From: Candidatus Lindowbacteria bacterium RIFCSPLOWO2_12_FULL_62_27
GTDB lineage: Bacteria; Lindowbacteria; 2-12-FULL-62-27
Direction: 5' to 3'
Length of the DNA stretch: 64,000 nucleotides
Assembly (NCBI GenBank): GCA_001784175.1
Contig: MFPR01000006.1
Coordinates: forward strand, 186,001 to 250,000
A model generated the notes under the pieces. The model saw only the letters and a list, made by a program, of their open reading frames with translations, was not told the origin of the DNA and made no database searches. Both the position numbers and the translations under genes were made by a program. This document shows, piece after piece, positions 9,475 through 19,324 of the stretch. Positions within the stretch are counted from its first letter, which is position 1. Each line of letters begins with the position of its first letter.

Positions 9475-11249
9475 AGAAGGGATTTTTCAATTCGATCTAC
9501 CTGCTCTCCTTCGTCGCGTCCCTCTTCATCGTGCTTCCCCTGTCCTCATGGATCGGCGGCGAGCGGGAAAAAGTGCTGGAGGAGCGGAGCCGGCAGGAGG
9601 AGCGGCAGGCTGCGTTTTCCGTTCTGAACCGGCTCTATGCGCACACCGGCCAGAGCACCCTGAAACTGATGGACGAAGTCGCCCGGTCAGTGCGCCAGGC
9701 GAATCTGCAGCAGACGGATTTCCGATATGTCAGCTCCGGCCTGTACGATTGTGTCGAGCGGCCGGGCCAGACGGGCGCATTTCAGTTCCGGCTGGCCGAA
9801 AAATTTTCCGAAAATATTCTGGATGTCCCACCGGACGCCCTCACCATGAGCCGCGAGGAGTTCGCCGGGCAGGGCCGGGCGGGCGATCCGGTTTCCCACT
9901 ACTGGATCGCGATCCCGTCGATCGATCAGCCATCGTCGATCGTGACGTTGGCGATCCGCGACCTCAAACACCGCGCGACCCTGGAGGAGAAGCGGATGGC
10001 GTTCTGGGGATCGGTGGCGATCGCCTTTTTGATCTTCTTCGCCGCGCTCTCCGCCGCGATGTTCGCCATCGTCCGCCGCCCCATCGGCCGGCTCCGGGAG
10101 GCGCTCTTGTCGGAGAAGGGCGAGATCGAGGTTCTGGCGCCCGACGAATTCGGCGAGTTCGGGTATCTGGTGGAGGCCATCCAGACCCACGTGCGCCGGA
10201 CGCGCTCGTTCGTCGCGACGGCGGAAAACGTTGATCCCATCACGGGCCTCCTTTCGGGTCAGGCGGCGCTGGCCGCGTATCTGGAGGCGCACCAGAACGC
10301 GGACGAGGTCTGCGTCGTCTTTTTCAGGGCCAATTCCGCGAAGGAGTACGTCAAGACCTTTGGCCGGCTCTTCCGGGACCGGATTTTGAAAATCACCGGC
10401 TCCGTGGTCGCCACAGGCCTGCCCGTGGGCGCGAAACTCTTCGCCGTCCAGGATCATTTCCTGATGACGTTTCTCACGGAGTCGGCGTTTCAACAGTGTT
10501 ATTCGGTCATCCAGAAGTATTTCTCCCGCGCCATCCAGCCGCTCTTTGAGAAGGGCGAAGCCTCCAAGGTCCCGCTCCTGACGCTGTCGGCCGTCGGCCT
10601 GTCCAACAAGAGCGCCGGGTTCGAAACGTTTCATGAAACCCTCCAGAAACTGCACGAGGACTGGGACAAGCTGGTGAACAAGCAGAACAGCGGCTGGGCC
10701 ATGATGAATTCAGACGATCAGTGGGTGAAGGGCATCCCGGAGGAGATCGAGGGCGGTGAGACGGAGGTGATCCCGGAGGAGCCGGAGGCGTTGAAGGACC
10801 CGGTATTTGCGCGCAAGGTCTTCATCGTGAAACTGGCGTTCATGTTCAAGTTCGATCCCCAGAAGGCGTCCAAGCTCTACAAGATGGGCTACACCCGGCT
10901 CCCGGCGCTTCTGGACGACGGCATTCTCGAAAAAGTAAAAAAATTCGGCCCGGACGCCGCCGCCGACATCAAGGGCTTGATCGACCGCATCCGGATGGTT
11001 CCGAAATCCCGGCTCTATTACAACGAGAGCGATTTCAAACAGGTCTTCGTCACCGACATCCGCATGATCCGGAAAATTCCGAGGGAAATCCTGAGCCGGT
11101 GGTTCTCCGCCGGATTCCGATCCCTCGAGGATCTCGCCTATGTCGGCACGGACGATCTCCTCAAGATCGACGGCACCGCCGCGCGCGCGGACGTGCAGGC
11201 CGTGATCGATCAGGCGAAGCTTGCTGCGCCCCCGGCCGGCGCCGGCTGA
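9471..11249 (+). CDS. Membrane sensor-like protein: 2 TM, periplasmic domain, HAMP-like linker, degenerate GGDEF-like domain, C-terminal HhH-like repeats
   Basis: Two hydrophobic helices; RRPIGRL...DEFGEF; DPITGLL entry motif without GGDEF; KLYKMGYTRL and SAGFRSLEDLAY HhH-like segments. Confidence 0.65.
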   Translation: MKKGFFNSIYLLSFVASLFIVLPLSSWIGGEREKVLEERSRQEERQAAFSVLNRLYAHTGQSTLKLMDEVARSVRQANLQQTDFRYVSSGLYDCVERPGQTGAFQFRLAEKFSENILDVPPDALTMSREEFAGQGRAGDPVSHYWIAIPSIDQPSSIVTLAIRDLKHRATLEEKRMAFWGSVAIAFLIFFAALSAAMFAIVRRPIGRLREALLSEKGEIEVLAPDEFGEFGYLVEAIQTHVRRTRSFVATAENVDPITGLLSGQAALAAYLEAHQNADEVCVVFFRANSAKEYVKTFGRLFRDRILKITGSVVATGLPVGAKLFAVQDHFLMTFLTESAFQQCYSVIQKYFSRAIQPLFEKGEASKVPLLTLSAVGLSNKSAGFETFHETLQKLHEDWDKLVNKQNSGWAMMNSDDQWVKGIPEEIEGGETEVIPEEPEALKDPVFARKVFIVKLAFMFKFDPQKASKLYKMGYTRLPALLDDGILEKVKKFGPDAAADIKGLIDRIRMVPKSRLYYNESDFKQVFVTDIRMIRKIPREILSRWFSAGFRSLEDLAYVGTDDLLKIDGTAARADVQAVIDQAKLAAPPAGAG

Positions 11250-11253
11250 CCCC

Positions 11254-12525
11254 ATGCCCGTCACGGAAGAGCAGTTCGAGTCCTGGATCCAGGACGTCGA
11301 CACCGCCCGGGCCTCGACCGAAGACCGGTGGGAGGAGAATTTCGTCAAGCTGGCGTCGAGGAAACAGCTCGACTCGAAAGTCCTGGAGCTGGGCGACACG
11401 CCCCGCCTGATGGCCGACGTCCGGGACCCGGACGGCAACACACTCGTCCGGAAATACGACCAGCTCACCAAACCCGTCTGGCAGCGGCTGCGGTCGCGGG
11501 AAGACACCCCGCATGTGTATTTCATCTGCGAAAAACCGATCCGCGTCGTCGAGAGCATCAATCTCGAGTTCTTCAATTACGACGACTATCAGATCCTCGG
11601 GGCGTTCCTGGCGGAAAAGGGGAAGCAGAAGTCGGCCGGATACCTTTTTACCGAGGCCCTCAAATGCGAGACGGCGGATGCTTTCATCAACAAGGGCGTC
11701 TACCATTACCGGGCCGGCGACACCGGCGTATTCGACAATTATCGTCTGTCCAAGAAACATCTGGACAAGGGACTCGTGATGCTGCGGCGGATGCGCCTGC
11801 TCCCGCCTGATGAGTCGTTCCGGCGGAAAACCTGCCAAAAGGCGCTCGACGAAATCGACTTCAAGACCTCGGCCGGCCCCATCCGCTGGATCAAGGCCTT
11901 CGTCCGGCTGGTCACGTTTCACTTCGAGCCTGACATTTTCTACGTGGGCGCCGCGGACAGGAAGATTCTGAAGAACGGAGACATCCTGCGGTCCATGTTC
12001 GACACCATCGCCAAATACGAACTTCAGATGCTCAAGGACGCCGTCGAAACCTTTGTCTATTCGGTCAAAATCGAAATCCCTTCGGACTTTGAGGACGCCG
12101 TCGGGACGCTGGACGCCGCCGTGGCGCGCACGAAGGAGGCGAGGACAGAGGGGGAAGTGGTGGAACTGGCCGGCCCGATCGGAGAAATTTATGCCCGGTC
12201 CCAGCAGGTGGCGGCGCGACGGGATCAGGTCCGCACGGAGGCGAAGCGTGCAGCGGAGCTGTCCATCGTGGACCGGCTGACGGGAGAGGAGCTGGCGCAG
12301 ATCAAGCGTTTGGACATGAGCTACTCCCTGAAATCCCCCCGGGAGCTGACCGATCTGGCCGAGCGCAAGGACCTCGACCGGACCACGATGCTCTGGCTCT
12401 ACAAGGAGCGTTCTCACATCAAGATGATCATGGAGGCTCTCTATCACAATGCCGCGACGTCGGACGACCTGAAGCAGGAAATGGCGGTGCGGCTCGGTTT
12501 GGGCGGCAGACCGCGGTCGTTCTGA
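11254..12525 (+). CDS. Hypothetical cytoplasmic protein
   Basis: Long ORF with host-like codon usage, 4 nt after the upstream stop; no family recognised. Confidence 0.75.
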   Translation: MPVTEEQFESWIQDVDTARASTEDRWEENFVKLASRKQLDSKVLELGDTPRLMADVRDPDGNTLVRKYDQLTKPVWQRLRSREDTPHVYFICEKPIRVVESINLEFFNYDDYQILGAFLAEKGKQKSAGYLFTEALKCETADAFINKGVYHYRAGDTGVFDNYRLSKKHLDKGLVMLRRMRLLPPDESFRRKTCQKALDEIDFKTSAGPIRWIKAFVRLVTFHFEPDIFYVGAADRKILKNGDILRSMFDTIAKYELQMLKDAVETFVYSVKIEIPSDFEDAVGTLDAAVARTKEARTEGEVVELAGPIGEIYARSQQVAARRDQVRTEAKRAAELSIVDRLTGEELAQIKRLDMSYSLKSPRELTDLAERKDLDRTTMLWLYKERSHIKMIMEALYHNAATSDDLKQEMAVRLGLGGRPRSF

Positions 12526-12540
12526 GGGGTTTCCGTTTCC

Positions 12541-12569
12541 TTTACATTTGTCCGGCTCCATCCTACACT
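12541..12569 (+). promoter_or_regulatory. Putative sigma70-type promoter TTTACA-N17-TACACT
   Basis: Consensus-like hexamers in an AT-rich gap; -10 ends 9 nt before ATG 12579. Confidence 0.6.
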
Positions 12570-12578
12570 TGAGAACTC

Positions 12579-13334
12579 ATGGACACGATGGATTCCACGA
12601 TTCTCGCGCCGCAGGTGATTGTGGCCGACGACGATGAACTGGCCTTGATGCTGCTGCAGGACGGGCTCAAAGGCATGGGATTTCAGACCGTCGGATGCAA
12701 GAACGGCAAGGAGGTGTTGCTTCTGGCGCTCAAGCGCGCGCCGGAGGCCATCCTCCTGGACGACCGCATGCCCGGGCTCGACAGCGTCCGGACCATCAAG
12801 CTGGTGCGGATCATGGAGCCGATCCGGGCCGTGCCGGTGATCCTCCTGGCGGAGACGCCGGACAGGGAGACGGTGGTGCGGGCCATCCAGATGGGCGCCA
12901 ACGACTGCGTGTCGAAGGAGGGATCGATCCACGACATCAACCTCCGGCTTCAGCGCGCCATCAAGGCGCCGGTGAAGCAGCCCGCGCCGCTGTTCGAGCA
13001 GCTCAAGTATTTCTTCCATTACGATGACACGTCCCTGACGCTCGACATCGAATCCGAAATCACGACCGAAGCCGGCAAGAACATGGTGGAGTTGGTCCGG
13101 TCCCTGACCGGGCTCATGCCCGTCAAGTTCCTCGTGAATCTGGACAAGGTTCCCGCCATCGCCGCAAGCGGGATCGGCTACCTTTCCGACGTCAAGGACA
13201 CGGTGATCAACTGCGGGGGCACCATTGCGCTGTCCCACGTCGATCTCAACCGCTACCAGCCGAACGTCCGGCGGTTCCTCGAGAAGTATTTCCAGATCGA
13301 GGTCCAGGCGGTCGTCGAGAAGAATCCGGGCTGA
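12579..13334 (+). CDS. Response regulator REC + STAS-like domain (paralog 1)
   Basis: VADDD...LLDDRMPG receiver; C-terminal NLDKVPAIAASGIGYL resembles the STAS DLxxVxxIDSSGLG motif. Confidence 0.8.
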   Translation: MDTMDSTILAPQVIVADDDELALMLLQDGLKGMGFQTVGCKNGKEVLLLALKRAPEAILLDDRMPGLDSVRTIKLVRIMEPIRAVPVILLAETPDRETVVRAIQMGANDCVSKEGSIHDINLRLQRAIKAPVKQPAPLFEQLKYFFHYDDTSLTLDIESEITTEAGKNMVELVRSLTGLMPVKFLVNLDKVPAIAASGIGYLSDVKDTVINCGGTIALSHVDLNRYQPNVRRFLEKYFQIEVQAVVEKNPG

Positions 13335-13340
13335 TCCGCC

Positions 13341-14624
13341 ATGGACCAGGCCGCGCCGTCCCAGTCCCAAATCGAATCCTTCATCCACTACCTCGTCGAA
13401 AACGAGATCGTCGACGCGGCCGCCGCGCGCCGCGCGCTCGAGGGGATCAGCCGGGTGGACCTGCGGATCGGCCGCGTGGCGCTCCTGGAGGGATTCATCT
13501 CGCCGGAGGAGATCAACAAGATCCTCTGGATCCAGCGGGAGGCGAATGACAGGAAGTTCGGCGAGATTGCGGTGGAGCTCAAGATCATGAAACCCGAAGA
13601 CGTCCGCCGCGCGCTCGAGCTTCAGCAGGATGAGCTGTTCGCCTTCTGCCAGTCCCTCATCATCGACGGCCTGATCTCGCCGGGGACGCTCTACGCGCTC
13701 CTCAAGGGATTTCTCGAGCAGGATTTCGACCGGGAGATCGAGCAGCGCCGGAGGGACGTGCACGCGCGGATTTCAAAATCGATCCGGGACGTCCTCAAAA
13801 AAATATCCATCGTCGCGCCCATGCCCGACACCGTCGCGCGGCTCCTGTCGATGCTCAACGACCCCGACGTCGACTTGGACGAAGTGGCGCGGGTCATCAG
13901 CCTGGATGTGGGTCTGACCGCGATGCTCCTCCGGCTGTCCAATTCAGCGTTCTACGGCCTCAAGTCCCAGGTCACCACGGTGAACAAGGCGGTGACGGTG
14001 ATCGGCACGAAGAAACTTCGGCAGCTCGTCATCTCCGCCGCCATGATGGACCGGTTCAAGAATCTTCAACGCGACCGGTTTCTCCGGTTCTGGGAGCAGT
14101 CGATGCGGGCGGCGCAGTGGTCGAAGGAACTGGCGCAGTTTGCGGGCAAGCCGGAGATCGACGAATTTTTTCTGGCCGGGTTTCTGCACAACATCGGCGA
14201 GATCGTCATTCTGCAGCATTTCCCGGACGAGGTGCGGCGGATCGAGGAACTGGCGCGCGGGGGCCGGCCGCCGCTGGAAAGCGAAGTCCAGGTTCTGGGA
14301 TGCGACCGGGCCGATATGGGATCGTATCTCCTGTCGCTCTGGCAGCTCCCGCCCGCCGTCGTCCAGGCGTCCATGCTCGCGCACCACCCGCGGCTGCACC
14401 TCCAGCAAATGTCGGGCATCACGCCCGAGTCCAAGGTCGTCAACATGGCCGTCGCCATCGTCAATTGCGCGCCCAACGTCAACGCCTTCGGCCAGGGCAT
14501 GCATCTCGGGCAGGTGGTGGAGGACTACAAGACCATCATCGCGATCGATTACCGGAACGTCAAGGAGATGCACGAGCGGGTCGAGAAAATCGTGCTGGAA
14601 CTGATGAGGTGGTTCAGCGTTTGA
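13341..14624 (+). CDS. MshEN-like repeat + HDOD domain protein (paralog 1)
   Basis: 24-aa RIGRVALLEGFISPEEINKILWIQ plus a second repeat; HDOD LLRLSNSAFYG, AGFLHNIG, LWQLP. Confidence 0.85.
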   Translation: MDQAAPSQSQIESFIHYLVENEIVDAAAARRALEGISRVDLRIGRVALLEGFISPEEINKILWIQREANDRKFGEIAVELKIMKPEDVRRALELQQDELFAFCQSLIIDGLISPGTLYALLKGFLEQDFDREIEQRRRDVHARISKSIRDVLKKISIVAPMPDTVARLLSMLNDPDVDLDEVARVISLDVGLTAMLLRLSNSAFYGLKSQVTTVNKAVTVIGTKKLRQLVISAAMMDRFKNLQRDRFLRFWEQSMRAAQWSKELAQFAGKPEIDEFFLAGFLHNIGEIVILQHFPDEVRRIEELARGGRPPLESEVQVLGCDRADMGSYLLSLWQLPPAVVQASMLAHHPRLHLQQMSGITPESKVVNMAVAIVNCAPNVNAFGQGMHLGQVVEDYKTIIAIDYRNVKEMHERVEKIVLELMRWFSV

Positions 14625-16584
14625 CGGGGGAGAGAAGGTCCCGGTAGGTTTCGTAGTAATGGATCGCGAATCCCGCGAACGAGGGGATTTTTGAAAGTTC
14701 GAACCGCGCCTGTTCCATCGCCAGCTTCAGCCGGTCCGCCGGCATCCCCGCGAACGTGACCTTCGAGGAGGGCACGAAAATCTTTTCCTTCAGCCGCCAG
14801 TAGCGCAGAGCGGCAGGGTCGATCCGCCTCGTTTTCGTCCACGCGACAAACGTGTCGAGGCCGCCCTCCGGCACATAATAAAACGCGCCGCTGTCGCCGC
14901 TCGCCCGGGCGAACAGGAATGTGCCGGCGGCCAGAACCGGCAGGCCCGCCTGGGCGTCCGTCCGGAAGGACCACTGGGTTTCGTCCGGCAGGCCGAACGT
15001 TTCGAGCCCGACGAAAATCGGCTTGCCGGCCTTCGCGGCATACTCGAGTTCTCCGCCGGCGTGCGCGATCACGCCGTCCGCGCCGTACGCGACCGTGCGG
15101 TAATCCATGATGCCGACGTTGTCGACGAGGTCGATGAGGTGGTCGCTGACGAGTTTCCGTTGGCCGCCGAATTCCACGATGAATTTCTCGTTCGTGAACT
15201 CATCCGGCGAGTCGAACCAGAACGGGACATCGCACCCGTACGGGAGGCCCGCGGCATGCGCGAGGTCACGGGATTTTTTGAGGATCAGAAGGAAATTCTG
15301 CAGAATCCAGTCGCGGCGGTACCCGCCGAATCCGGAATTCAAGTAGGGCTCGATGTCATAATGAAACGCGTAAAACCGCTCGATCGTGTCGGACTCGCGG
15401 TTGTACCGGATCACGTTGCGCATGGTCGCCAGGACGGTGTCGTGATACTCGGGCAGCGCAAACCGCGTCCAGCCGTCCATCGCATGGACTTTGACGCCCT
15501 TGCGGTTCAGCCGTCCGAGGAAGGGGCGCATGCGGCCGGCGTCGACGACCGACGCGCCGCCCGAATCGAGACGATCGGGCTCGTTGGGGATCTGGAGAAA
15601 CAGGTGATCGATTTTTTCGCGCATCATGAACTGGAGAAGCGCGTTTTGCTCGGCCGGGTTCTTGAGGTACTTCGACGTCTCCCAGACCCATGTGGCCTGT
15701 TTCAACCCCTTCCCCCCTTGTGGGGGAAGGCTGGGATGGGGGGCCCGTAGCGGCGGCGGTTTCCCCTGCGCCGTCACAAACGCGAGAGTTTTTAGATAAA
15801 CGGATCCCTGTTCTTCCCGTGACGCATCCAAGATCAATCCGGCGAGCTGATCCCGGCGGATGCCGTCCGGAAACGCCGTCAGCGGCACCCGCGCGAGCCG
15901 CCACTCCGTCGTGATCTCGCCACCCTCCACGAACGCCTCCAGCGGCCCGATCGGAAGCGCGTCTTCCTTCCGGTCCCAGTTCGCGTCTGAGATTTTCAAA
16001 TAGATATTCTCCCCGCCCTTCTCGCCTCTTACCCAGAACGCCAGCTCTGAAAACGGCTCCGCGTTGAGAAAAACACGGCTGTCCGGTTCATCCCTCAGAT
16101 TGTAAAAATGGGTCCACAGGCCGCAGAATCCCGTCGCGGCGCGGCTGTAGCGCAGCGCCAGCGCCCGCCGGCCGTCCGGCGTTGCTTCAATACCGCACAG
16201 AGCGCTCGAAGGCGCGCGCTGGTAGACGTTATAGTATCCGCCGAGGCTGTTTTGATTGCCCTCGTCGTAATGCGACACGAGAAATACGCCCCGCTCGCCG
16301 ATCTCGGGCGCCCGGCTCCTGTAGGCGGACGCGGCCGGCCTGACCGGCGGAACTTTGCGGAGCCTGTAAATGTCGAGCCTGTCTTTTTTTTCATGGATCA
16401 CACCGATCTGCCCGGCGCGGATTTCGGATACATCCTTGAAGCCCCAGTCGGCGAGCAGGATCTCCGTTCCCAGCACAGGATGCGGCACGTGTGATTCCGC
16501 GGCCGGCCGGTCGAAGGCCGTGCCGAGAAGGAAAGGAAGCGCGATAAAAATCGGAAGGATAACTCGCAGGGATCGGACGTTCAT
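14614..16584 (-). CDS. Secreted protein: CBM11/CIA30-like beta-sandwich + putative glycoside-hydrolase-like TIM barrel
   Basis: Signal-peptide-like N-terminus; LAFWVRGEKGGENIYLKI and EWRLARVPL; FHYDIEPY, GIMDYR, VGLET, GFAIHYYE. Confidence 0.65.
   Translation of the reverse strand: MNVRSLRVILPIFIALPFLLGTAFDRPAAESHVPHPVLGTEILLADWGFKDVSEIRAGQIGVIHEKKDRLDIYRLRKVPPVRPAASAYRSRAPEIGERGVFLVSHYDEGNQNSLGGYYNVYQRAPSSALCGIEATPDGRRALALRYSRAATGFCGLWTHFYNLRDEPDSRVFLNAEPFSELAFWVRGEKGGENIYLKISDANWDRKEDALPIGPLEAFVEGGEITTEWRLARVPLTAFPDGIRRDQLAGLILDASREEQGSVYLKTLAFVTAQGKPPPLRAPHPSLPPQGGKGLKQATWVWETSKYLKNPAEQNALLQFMMREKIDHLFLQIPNEPDRLDSGGASVVDAGRMRPFLGRLNRKGVKVHAMDGWTRFALPEYHDTVLATMRNVIRYNRESDTIERFYAFHYDIEPYLNSGFGGYRRDWILQNFLLILKKSRDLAHAAGLPYGCDVPFWFDSPDEFTNEKFIVEFGGQRKLVSDHLIDLVDNVGIMDYRTVAYGADGVIAHAGGELEYAAKAGKPIFVGLETFGLPDETQWSFRTDAQAGLPVLAAGTFLFARASGDSGAFYYVPEGGLDTFVAWTKTRRIDPAALRYWRLKEKIFVPSSKVTFAGMPADRLKLAMEQARFELSKIPSFAGFAIHYYETYRDLLSPVKR
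15706..15743. repeat. Solo palindromic REP-like unit inside a CDS, in frame
   Basis: CCCCTTCCCCCCTTGTGGGGGAAGGCTGGGATGGGGGG is the reverse complement of about 32156-32193. Confidence 0.9.
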
Positions 16585-18533
16585 GGGCTCCAGAACAAAT
16601 TGCCCGCAAATCCGCCCTCCAGCGCTTTCATCGCCAGGATCGCCCAGGCGGTGCCGATCGCCGACGGCGCCGGAGAAAACTGATGCTCGATTTCCCGGTC
16701 CGCGTACCGGATGCCGCCCCGGACGTTCATCTTCGGATCCAGCATATGGATCAGAATGTCCTCCGCCTCGCCGGGCTTGCCCAGCCGCGCGGCCGCGACG
16801 GCCACGCCGAGCGTCCCCTCGGACCAGGCCAGCTCAAATTCGTTCCAATCCATGCTCGGCTTGTTCGGGAAAAAATGATGCTGTGAAGGCGTGTCCTCGT
16901 AGACAGGCAAATCCAGATATGGCTTGTAGCCCAGAATCCCGTTCGACCGGTTGCGATACCGTCCGGCCGACTCCATGGCCGTCCGGGCGAGATCCCGCTC
17001 GCCCGCCGCTTCCAGAAACAGCGCGCCCCAGGACGCGCAGTCCAGTGCCTGGACCGTGTCGGGGCCGTCCGGCCTCATGCCCCTGTGGAACTGCCCGGTG
17101 GTTCGATCGAACATCTTGAGGAGGCCCGATCGTATTTTTTCGGCCGCCTCCCGGTACTTCGCCTGCTCGGTGATGTAGCCGAGGTCGCGCAGGAAAAAGA
17201 AGGCGTCGATATTATGCTCGGCGCTGCACCATACAACCTCACCCGGACGGTAGACTTCCTGAAGCGTCCCGCCTTCGGACGCGTAGATGTAGACGCCCTT
17301 GCCGCCGGTGACCAGCCCGTACCGCGGGTCGCCGGCGGATTGTATCTGCCGGCTCAAGACCGCCGATGCTATTTTTTCGGCGAACTGCAGGTAGTCGGCA
17401 AGGATGCGGTCGTCGTTCAAGGCATTGGGATTTTTCGCGAGCTCCGACAGAATGTAGTAACTGACCGCGTATCCCACCCAGCAGTTTGCGCCTGTGCGGA
17501 TGATGGCGCCGTCGTTGTCATTTTCGTCCGGCCATGTGTTGTGGGTATTGAGCCCGAACCAGAGATCGCCGTCGGGCCGGGCGCTGCGCATCATGCCGTT
17601 GATGATTTTGGCCGCCTCCCGGCCGCGGCCGAGCATGGAGAGCGCGATCACGGACACGGCGTTGTCGTAGATGGACGAGCGGGAAAATGTGTAGCGGTAG
17701 CCGTGCGCGGCCGGAGACTGGTTATAGGAAAGAACGAGACCGCGGCGCTGATAAACGGGAAAAGGAATCGTCGGGTTTGGCACCATCTGGCCGATCAGGA
17801 ACGCCTCGAGATCCGCCGCCTTTTCGGCCACGGCGCCCACGAGCGGTTTGTTTTTGCCGGAGGCGCGATACCGTTCCGTGACCTGCCGTTTGGGAAACAG
17901 TCTGGGCGGCGGCTCGGCGTCTCCAAAAACGGCGGTCGTGACGGCCGTCATGAAATCGGTGAAAATCTCGTCCGGCGCGCGGCGATCGGCCGCCCCCTGC
18001 CGGATCGAGAGGCGGAACATGAATGCGCCATCGGCCGACGTCTGGCGGGCGGAGTTTTTCCAGAAGAAGAAATAGTAGATGTGGTGAATTTCCCCGCCAA
18101 ACTCGGCGCGTGTGTATTTGACCTGCAGATCATCCGGCCCGATCCGGATCGTCTTGTATTTCCGCTTCTCCAGGGACCAGCCGTCGTCGATGTAGCAGAC
18201 CTCGGGGATGTGGAAATCGCTTTCGAATTTGCCGTAGACGACCATGAAATAAAGCTCAGCGCCGGTGGCGGAGTTCCGGTAAAACCGGGAACTCAGATAG
18301 GGATCCTCCCTGCCCTCAACCTCCTCGCCTTTCCACGCTCCCGCGGCGTACGGGATGCCGCCGAAGTTCCCGCTGTGAAACAGATGGGTTGCAAACGAAA
18401 CACGGGATTCGTGACCGGTGTAAAAATACTGGTTGACGTCCGAGACATAGGTGTGAAGCCGCGCCTCTACAGGCGCCTGCGCGATCAGCAGGGCCATGGC
18501 ATGAAAGACAAACCAGAAAGGCCCCCTTTTCAT
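16581..18533 (-). CDS. Exosortase-associated EpsI-like domain fused to a putative (alpha/alpha)6 glycoside-hydrolase-like domain
   Basis: EpsI-type HIPEVCYIDDGW and YYFFFW; C-terminal SIYDNAV, SAEHNIDAFF, ALDCASWG, WSEGT; ATG overlaps the exosortase stop. Confidence 0.7.
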   Translation of the reverse strand: MKRGPFWFVFHAMALLIAQAPVEARLHTYVSDVNQYFYTGHESRVSFATHLFHSGNFGGIPYAAGAWKGEEVEGREDPYLSSRFYRNSATGAELYFMVVYGKFESDFHIPEVCYIDDGWSLEKRKYKTIRIGPDDLQVKYTRAEFGGEIHHIYYFFFWKNSARQTSADGAFMFRLSIRQGAADRRAPDEIFTDFMTAVTTAVFGDAEPPPRLFPKRQVTERYRASGKNKPLVGAVAEKAADLEAFLIGQMVPNPTIPFPVYQRRGLVLSYNQSPAAHGYRYTFSRSSIYDNAVSVIALSMLGRGREAAKIINGMMRSARPDGDLWFGLNTHNTWPDENDNDGAIIRTGANCWVGYAVSYYILSELAKNPNALNDDRILADYLQFAEKIASAVLSRQIQSAGDPRYGLVTGGKGVYIYASEGGTLQEVYRPGEVVWCSAEHNIDAFFFLRDLGYITEQAKYREAAEKIRSGLLKMFDRTTGQFHRGMRPDGPDTVQALDCASWGALFLEAAGERDLARTAMESAGRYRNRSNGILGYKPYLDLPVYEDTPSQHHFFPNKPSMDWNEFELAWSEGTLGVAVAAARLGKPGEAEDILIHMLDPKMNVRGGIRYADREIEHQFSPAPSAIGTAWAILAMKALEGGFAGNLFWSP

Positions 18534-19324
18534 CGCCGTCGCCTTTTCAAAACCGCTCCGGCCCAGACAAGGCTTCCCAGCGCCATCAGATAGAAGATCC
18601 ATGCAGAAGGACCGTGCCAGAATTTGACGGCCGTGTCGACTCCCCACGCCTGCCCGACTCCCAGCATGGCGGTCACGCGGAGGACGTTGAAGGCGATCGA
18701 GGAGACGATGGAGAAGGCGATCAGCATGAACTTGCGCGCAAAGTTCAGTTCCAACAGATGCGCGAGAAGTGCGGAGATCGCGAAGAGCACGATCAGCGAT
18801 TGAAACCCGGAACAGGCGGCCGCCACGCGGACCGGGCCGTCCTTGAGATGCACCAGGGATCCTTCATGAGAAAGCGGCGCGCTCATGAGGGCCATAAGAC
18901 CGAGAGACGCGCGCTGCGCGAACAACTGCAGGATGGAGAGAAACTCCGCATAAAAAGGAAAGGGCATCGTGAAGAGCACGGCGCAGTAGAGGCCGTCGAC
19001 CCGCCGGGACACGCCGGGCGTCAGAAAACGGAGCAGCAGAATAGAAGTCAGCAGGAAGCTCGCCATTCCCAGATAGGGGCCCTTCCACGTGAGATAACAG
19101 CCCCACGCCACCACCGCCAGCGCCGCCCCCCATGCCGGGTGGCCGGCCGGGACCTGCTTCGGGGGCCGGAGTTTCTCGGCGATCCACCAGCCGGCGACGA
19201 AAAAAAGCGAGAAATCGTAGTACGGATTATCTACGCAGTTCCGCCCGTACCAGTAAAAGTCGTTTCTGAAAAAAACCGCCAGCCCCAGATGCAGGGCCGC
19301 GGCGGTCAGACTTTTTGCTGGCAA
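18530..19324 (-). CDS. Exosortase/archaeosortase family protein
   Basis: Multi-TM; catalytic triad motifs VAAACSGFQSL, FNVLRV, FWHGP. Confidence 0.92.
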   Translation of the reverse strand: MPAKSLTAAALHLGLAVFFRNDFYWYGRNCVDNPYYDFSLFFVAGWWIAEKLRPPKQVPAGHPAWGAALAVVAWGCYLTWKGPYLGMASFLLTSILLLRFLTPGVSRRVDGLYCAVLFTMPFPFYAEFLSILQLFAQRASLGLMALMSAPLSHEGSLVHLKDGPVRVAAACSGFQSLIVLFAISALLAHLLELNFARKFMLIAFSIVSSIAFNVLRVTAMLGVGQAWGVDTAVKFWHGPSAWIFYLMALGSLVWAGAVLKRRRR

